This document shows, one piece after another, positions 59,482 through 64,000 of a stretch of 64,000 nt of DNA. The translations under genes were made by a program, and so were the position numbers. Source of the DNA: a virus (lineage: Duplodnaviria; Caudoviricetes); IMG/VR virus record IMGVR_UViG_3300012956_000012, positions 32,001 to 96,000 of that record. One strand, given 5' to 3'. The stretch's first letter is position 1, and each line of letters begins with the position of its first letter. Under the pieces are notes generated by a model. The model was not told the DNA's origin, made no database searches, and saw only the letters and a list, made by a program, of their open reading frames with translations.

Positions 59482-60471
59482 ATGGCAAAAGAAAAAGAAT
59501 CACTCGATGCTGTCTTAGCACGAATCAACAAGAGTGTTGGGGACGGATCAGTTTACAAATACTCTGACTACACAGGAATTCCAACAGAAAGGCTCCGTTC
59601 TGGATCCATTGGAATTGACATCCTCACCGGAGGTGGTTGGGTTATTGGACAAATGAATTACTTATCAGGATGGGAATCTTCTGGTAAAAGTACATTATGT
59701 CTATACGCAATTGCAGAGACTCAAAAACTTGGTGGAGTGGCAGCTTATATCGATCATGAGTACTCTTTCGATAAGACTTATGCCACATCTTTAGGAGTTG
59801 ATGTAGATTCAATGATCCTAGCGCAACCAGATTGCATCGAAGATGGGTACCAAATTGCATTGGACCTTATTGAATCAGGGCAAATCAATACGCTTATTTT
59901 TGATAGTATCGCTGCAGCTATTCCAAAGAAGGAACTTGAAGGTGATGTAGGAGATAAAACCATGGCTGAAAAAGCTAGATTAAACTCAATCAACTTTCCA
60001 AAGTTTTGTTTTCATGCAAAAAAGAACAACGTTACATTAATCTTCGTAAACCAACTTAGAGAAAAAATTGGAGTAATGTTTGGAAGTCCAGTAACTGAGC
60101 CAGGAGGAAATTCTATAAAATTCTTTCCGTCAATTAAAGTTGAAGTGCAGCAGTCCACAAAACTCAAAGATGGTGAAGATATTGCAGGTAATTTAGTAAA
60201 AGCTAACTGCAAGAAAAATAAAACAGCGAGGCCATTTAAAACTTGTGAGTACAATATTGTTTACGGGTTAGGTATCGATCGTAATGCTGAGGTATTGCAT
60301 TATGCAGAACAGTTAGGGATTATTGTCAAAGCTGGATCTTGGTATAGTTTAGCTGATGGTGGGACCAAAATAGGTCAGGGCGGAAATAAAGCTTTGGAGT
60401 TTTTAAGTGAAAATCCAGACTTAGTTGAACTTATTGAAGAGAGGATTTATGAAAACATTCTAAAATTATGA
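59482..60471 (+). CDS. recA: RecA recombinase
   Basis: GWESSGKST, YIDHE, FDSIAA, NQLREKIGVMFGSPVTEPGG and KAGSWY motifs. Confidence 0.97.
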   Translation: MAKEKESLDAVLARINKSVGDGSVYKYSDYTGIPTERLRSGSIGIDILTGGGWVIGQMNYLSGWESSGKSTLCLYAIAETQKLGGVAAYIDHEYSFDKTYATSLGVDVDSMILAQPDCIEDGYQIALDLIESGQINTLIFDSIAAAIPKKELEGDVGDKTMAEKARLNSINFPKFCFHAKKNNVTLIFVNQLREKIGVMFGSPVTEPGGNSIKFFPSIKVEVQQSTKLKDGEDIAGNLVKANCKKNKTARPFKTCEYNIVYGLGIDRNAEVLHYAEQLGIIVKAGSWYSLADGGTKIGQGGNKALEFLSENPDLVELIEERIYENILKL

Positions 60472-60914
60472 GTTGGAAAGTAAAGAGCTCTAAGTTTCCG
60501 AAAATAAAGGAGTGTAAATCGATCGAAGATTTCCCAGAAGGATGTATTGGATTTATCTATATGATCATGGACGCAAATGGGAAAATGTACATCGGCCAGA
60601 AATCTTTATATTCGATGCGTAAGAAAAATTTCGGTAAAAGGAAAATAGCTGAAATTACTGACAAAAGGAAAAAGACTTACGAAATAGTCAAGAGTGAGTC
60701 TAATTGGTTGACCTATACTGGTTCAAACAAAAACTTAAATGAAAATATTAAAAACGGCCTTGGAATACAAAAACTAATCTTACATTTCTGCTTTACCAAA
60801 AAGCAACTCTCATACTACGAGGTAAAAGAAATGATGATTCATGGAGTTTTGGAAGACCCAGTTAATTACTACAACGATAACATCTTAGGAAAATTTTACA
60901 GTAAAGACGTATGA
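60468..60914 (+). CDS. GIY-YIG family nuclease
   Basis: GFIY...MYIGQK...Y.GS...E...YYNDNI motifs. Confidence 0.8.
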   Translation: MSWKVKSSKFPKIKECKSIEDFPEGCIGFIYMIMDANGKMYIGQKSLYSMRKKNFGKRKIAEITDKRKKTYEIVKSESNWLTYTGSNKNLNENIKNGLGIQKLILHFCFTKKQLSYYEVKEMMIHGVLEDPVNYYNDNILGKFYSKDV

Positions 60915-61240
60915 TTAAAGTAACAAGAATAATTAAAGAGTTCACTCCGGAGTTCATGGAACGTCTAGAGAAGAAAAAAGCTGACTATGAAGCAGCTATT
61001 GCAGACTTTCCAGATGATGAGTTAATACCTCCAACTGTAAAGGTCAAAGAAGGTGACATGATTGAAATGAAAGCCCCTTTCTATATTCACCCAACTAATA
61101 TTAGAGTTATCTCAACAGATTTTGATGGCCACTTCTTACAAACTATCTGGGATGAGGATATTGATATCACAGATACACCAGCTAGAGTTTACAAAAAAAT
61201 CGAGGAGTTTTGGAAGAAAGAACGAACGAGCTTGGCGTAA
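60911..61240 (+). CDS. Hypothetical protein
   Basis: ORF with ATGA overlap. Confidence 0.7.
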   Translation: MIKVTRIIKEFTPEFMERLEKKKADYEAAIADFPDDELIPPTVKVKEGDMIEMKAPFYIHPTNIRVISTDFDGHFLQTIWDEDIDITDTPARVYKKIEEFWKKERTSLA

Positions 61241-61329
61241 AAAACGACAGTGGAAAACTTCCAGTGGGAATTGTCATTCAAAGACAGTTCCCTAAAGCTT
61301 TAAAACGTATTTCAGAAGCATCTGAATGA
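61210..61329 (+). pseudogene. 5' fragment of a disrupted DUF5664 (dATP/dGTP diphosphohydrolase) gene
   Basis: Hand translation (M)EERTNELGVKNDSGKLPVGIVIQRQFPKALKRISEASE* matches the family N-terminal pattern G.K.D.GK.....FP.AL. Confidence 0.7.
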
Positions 61330-61664
61330 GTAGATTTGAAAAGGTGGTAAAACTAAAAAATAATTTAATGGAAAATATAGGTAAGAAAGAATCAGATGGT
61401 AAATTATATTATGAAATATCTTGGGAATTTTTAGAAGAGATAGCTAAGAGGATGGCTAACAATAAGAAAGAGAAGTATGATATATATAATTGGAAAAAAC
61501 CGATGACACCAAATGGCGTAGAAGGTTTAAAACAAGCTATAACAAGACATCACATAGAAGTGATGAAAGGTAATTATAAAGATGGTAATGAAAAACTAGG
61601 ACACATTGTAGCTTATGCATGTAATGCTATGATGCTTTGGGAACAATTGAAAGACAATGGGTAG
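61326..61664 (+). CDS. dATP/dGTP diphosphohydrolase domain protein (DUF5664)
   Basis: GKKESDGKL, KYDIYNWKK, AITRH and GHIVAYACNAMML motifs. It may start at the second Met (MENIGKK). Confidence 0.8.
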   Translation: MSRFEKVVKLKNNLMENIGKKESDGKLYYEISWEFLEEIAKRMANNKKEKYDIYNWKKPMTPNGVEGLKQAITRHHIEVMKGNYKDGNEKLGHIVAYACNAMMLWEQLKDNG

Positions 61665-62904
61665 TGATAAATTAACATACGATCAAGTTATTTCTAGGCT
61701 TCTAGAAGACAATATCTATTATAAAAATAAAGAATTTACAATAATATCTAAATTTAAGGGTGGACGTTACCCACTTATAGTGAAGGATAAGTATGGGTAT
61801 CATAGAATGAGTGTCTACTCTCTACTTAAGGGTTCAAAACCATCCTCTAGATCAAGCTTATTCCCTTTAAATTATTTATCTAATAGATTGTGCGAACTGT
61901 ACACACACTTTTATAAGAGAGAGGTAGTGTTGATAGGTCCTTATAAAAAGGGCATAGACTCTATCCTAGTAAAAGATTCGTTTGGCATGTGTAATTGCAC
62001 TGTATCAAATCTTTTGAAAGGTAGAAAACCCACAATATTATCAGCAGTAGATAAGACTGAATATTTTATAAATAAGTCTAAAAAATTATACGGAGATAGA
62101 TTTACATACGAAAAAACACAGTATAAGGACAACGGTGATGGTGAGGTAATTATAACTTGCAAAAAACATGGAGACTTTAAAACAACTCCAAATATACACA
62201 TGCAGAGTCCTAAATGTAGTAAATGTCACATGAAAAATTTATCTGAGGAAGAAAGATTACGATTGTTCAAGACTAGTAGGTTATCAACTGGTGATTTCAT
62301 AAATAGAGCAGTAAAAGTACACGGAGATAAATATGATTACAGCTTAGTTAAATACACTATTTCTCACAATAATGTAGATATTTTATGTCACGAGCATGGG
62401 GTGTTTAAACAAAAAGCAAACAATCATTTAAATGGATCTGGTTGCCCAGCGTGCAGCAACCAATACACTGTAGGAAGCTTAAAATGGTGGTGCCACTTAT
62501 GTAATGGCAAGCAGGGTATCTTATACATACTAAAATGTTATAATAATGATGAGGTATTTATTAAAATAGGTATAACATGTAATAGTATAAAATATAGATA
62601 TAGGAAGAAAACGCAAATGCCTTATAATTATGAGGTAGTTAGTACTATATCAAGTAATAATTTAAAACTGTTGTATCTTACAGAAGCGGCCTGCAAGAAA
62701 AAACTAAAACCTTATAGATACGCACCTAAAAATAGTTTTGGAGGTAGCCAAACAGAGGCTTTTATTTTAAATAATGAAGGATACCACACAAAAGAAAATG
62801 AAAATGAAAATAAATTCAAAGACATTGAGCATTTGGTCCACGCCGTATGGAATGGGCTTCAACTTTTAGAAGCAATTGAGAATGAGAGAAAAGAGATTGG
62901 ATAA
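61657..62904 (+). CDS. Free-standing homing endonuclease (zinc-ribbon repeats + GIY-YIG-like domain) with a fused DUF5664 C-terminal remnant
   Basis: Two copies of GD.(F/Y).Y...Y....V.I.C..HG.F.....H....C..C; GILYILK...FIKIGIT; tail EHLVHAVWNGLQLLE. Confidence 0.8.
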   Translation: MGSDKLTYDQVISRLLEDNIYYKNKEFTIISKFKGGRYPLIVKDKYGYHRMSVYSLLKGSKPSSRSSLFPLNYLSNRLCELYTHFYKREVVLIGPYKKGIDSILVKDSFGMCNCTVSNLLKGRKPTILSAVDKTEYFINKSKKLYGDRFTYEKTQYKDNGDGEVIITCKKHGDFKTTPNIHMQSPKCSKCHMKNLSEEERLRLFKTSRLSTGDFINRAVKVHGDKYDYSLVKYTISHNNVDILCHEHGVFKQKANNHLNGSGCPACSNQYTVGSLKWWCHLCNGKQGILYILKCYNNDEVFIKIGITCNSIKYRYRKKTQMPYNYEVVSTISSNNLKLLYLTEAACKKKLKPYRYAPKNSFGGSQTEAFILNNEGYHTKENENENKFKDIEHLVHAVWNGLQLLEAIENERKEIG

Positions 62905-64000
62905 ATCAGCAGGAGGTACAAGTAAAATTATAACTCCATTGGCACCACATCAAAAAGTAGTATCAAACTTTTTAAGATCAAATGATATATCAATTCTAAT
63001 TGGGCAAGCTGGTACCGGTAAGGATTTTGTACAACTTCACCGGGCAGTGGACGGACTTTTAAAGAAAGAGTTCGAAAAGATTGTCATTACAAAACCTGCG
63101 GTAGAAGTAGGAAAATCAATCGGTTTCCTTCCTGGACCTCAACCTTTAGACAGTAAGGTACTGACGCCAAATGGTTGGGCGACTATAGAAAATATAGAAG
63201 TTGAAGATAGTGTTATAGGTAAGGATGGTAAAGCATATAAAGTTACTAACAAAAGCTCTGTAAACAAAGAGCCAGTCTACCTAGTAAAAACAACAGATGG
63301 TAGGGAAATGGAGTGTTCCACATTACACTTGATGCATACACTAGATGCTAATGATAAAAAACATAGGCTAGATAAAAAGAAATATAAAAAAGATTATAGT
63401 GGTAGTGTTAAGACATTAAAAGAAATTATTAGCACATTATATACAAAAAATGGTAGACCCAACCATTACATAAATTACTGTAGTCCTATCGAATTTGAAA
63501 GCGTAGAAAAATTTATACACCCATATTTACTAGGGGCAATACTGGGAGATGGGTTTATATCAGATAGTGTAGGTGTTTCCAATACTGATGAAGAACTTAT
63601 AACTAAGTGTAAAAATATTTGTAAGGATATGGGTCTTATTATGAACGGAGGTGCTAATGATTCTATAACTTACTACATTTCTAGTAGTAAGGAGAACAAT
63701 AAGCCTGCAAAAGAAGTTATTATTACGAATATTTCTACTAAAGATGAAAGGAGATACAAGACTATCGGTGAGGCTTTAAAATATGAAGAGATAAAAAGAG
63801 GTACACTAAATAGTAGGTGTAAATCTGAATCCATAGTTGGTGAGCTACAGTACTCCTTTGGTGAAAAAGAGGGTGTATATACGAACCCAATAAAAGAGGA
63901 ACTTAGAAAATTAGGGTTAGATGGTAAAGGCGCAAAAGAGAAGTTTATACCTGATAAATATATATATTGCTCCAGTATAGAAGAGAGGGTAGAACTCCTA
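62882..64000 (+). CDS. phoH: PhoH-family ATPase interrupted by an intein (runs off the window; not in the ORF track)
   Basis: MREKRLDK...GQAGTGKD...KIVITKPAVEVGKSIGFLPG (85 aa), then the intein in frame. Confidence 0.9.
   Translation, partial: MREKRLDKSAGGTSKIITPLAPHQKVVSNFLRSNDISILIGQAGTGKDFVQLHRAVDGLLKKEFEKIVITKPAVEVGKSIGFLPGPQPLDSKVLTPNGWATIENIEVEDSVIGKDGKAYKVTNKSSVNKEPVYLVKTTDGREMECSTLHLMHTLDANDKKHRLDKKKYKKDYSGSVKTLKEIISTLYTKNGRPNHYINYCSPIEFESVEKFIHPYLLGAILGDGFISDSVGVSNTDEELITKCKNICKDMGLIMNGGANDSITYYISSSKENNKPAKEVIITNISTKDERRYKTIGEALKYEEIKRGTLNSRCKSESIVGELQYSFGEKEGVYTNPIKEELRKLGLDGKGAKEKFIPDKYIYCSSIEERVELL
63137..64000 (+). mobile_element. Intein with LAGLIDADG endonuclease, N-terminal Pro
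   Basis: Block A PQPLDSKVLTPNGW; block B DGREMECSTLHL; PYLLGAILGDG; KFIPDKY...ERVELL. Confidence 0.9.

Noticed and set aside
61326-61664. Evidence for a 2-aminoadenine or otherwise modified genome
   Set aside because: DUF5664 alone is not diagnostic, and no purZ or deazaguanine pathway genes are in this window.
61324-62780. Group I intron explaining the split DUF5664 gene
   Set aside because: The insert is almost entirely coding with no room for a ribozyme core, and joining the flanks would still lack the central KY/NW/RH motifs.
1-64000. Stop-codon reassignment, as in some crAss-like phages
   Set aside because: Genes are intact in the standard code. TAG ends genes at 18832, 32624, 49340 and 50580, and TGA occurs in ATGA overlaps.
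1-64000. CRISPR arrays, tRNAs, DGR or invertible tail-fibre cassettes
   Set aside because: No spaced repeats, cloverleafs, reverse transcriptase, recombinase or long inverted repeats were seen, and intergenic gaps are short.

Overview
A 64-kb slice of a large AT-rich podovirus-type phage with crAss-like (Crassvirales-related) gene order. Repeated TTTG-N19-21-TAnnTTTG promoters indicate a Bacteroidota host. Positions 1-58036 form a minus-strand virion/late region. Read right to left it encodes small DNA-binding genes, terminase, portal, scaffold-like protein, major capsid protein, ring and auxiliary proteins, holins, tail-fibre-like and Cys-rich/collagen proteins, endolysin, muzzle/tail-stabilisation protein, GH73 muramidase and a series of giant ejection (cargo) proteins. 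One cargo protein is a polyvalent ART + zincin protein, and a >1690-aa ORF runs off the left edge. From 58137 the genes are on the plus strand: wHTH-like protein, RecA, GIY-YIG nuclease, dATP/dGTP diphosphohydrolase (DUF5664), homing endonuclease and intein-containing PhoH. The standard genetic code fits, and no tRNA or CRISPR array was seen. The most notable observations are: a resident DUF5664 gene split and replaced in place by a cassette of a second DUF5664 plus an endonuclease; nested domain insertions with a 21-nt junction repeat in the polyvalent protein; ejection proteins with cysteines almost only at their termini; [FY]QDGG-delimited cargo proteins; a Pro1 intein in PhoH; and a switch-like structured leader at 58406-58545. 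All family calls come from motif recognition by eye, not from database searches.
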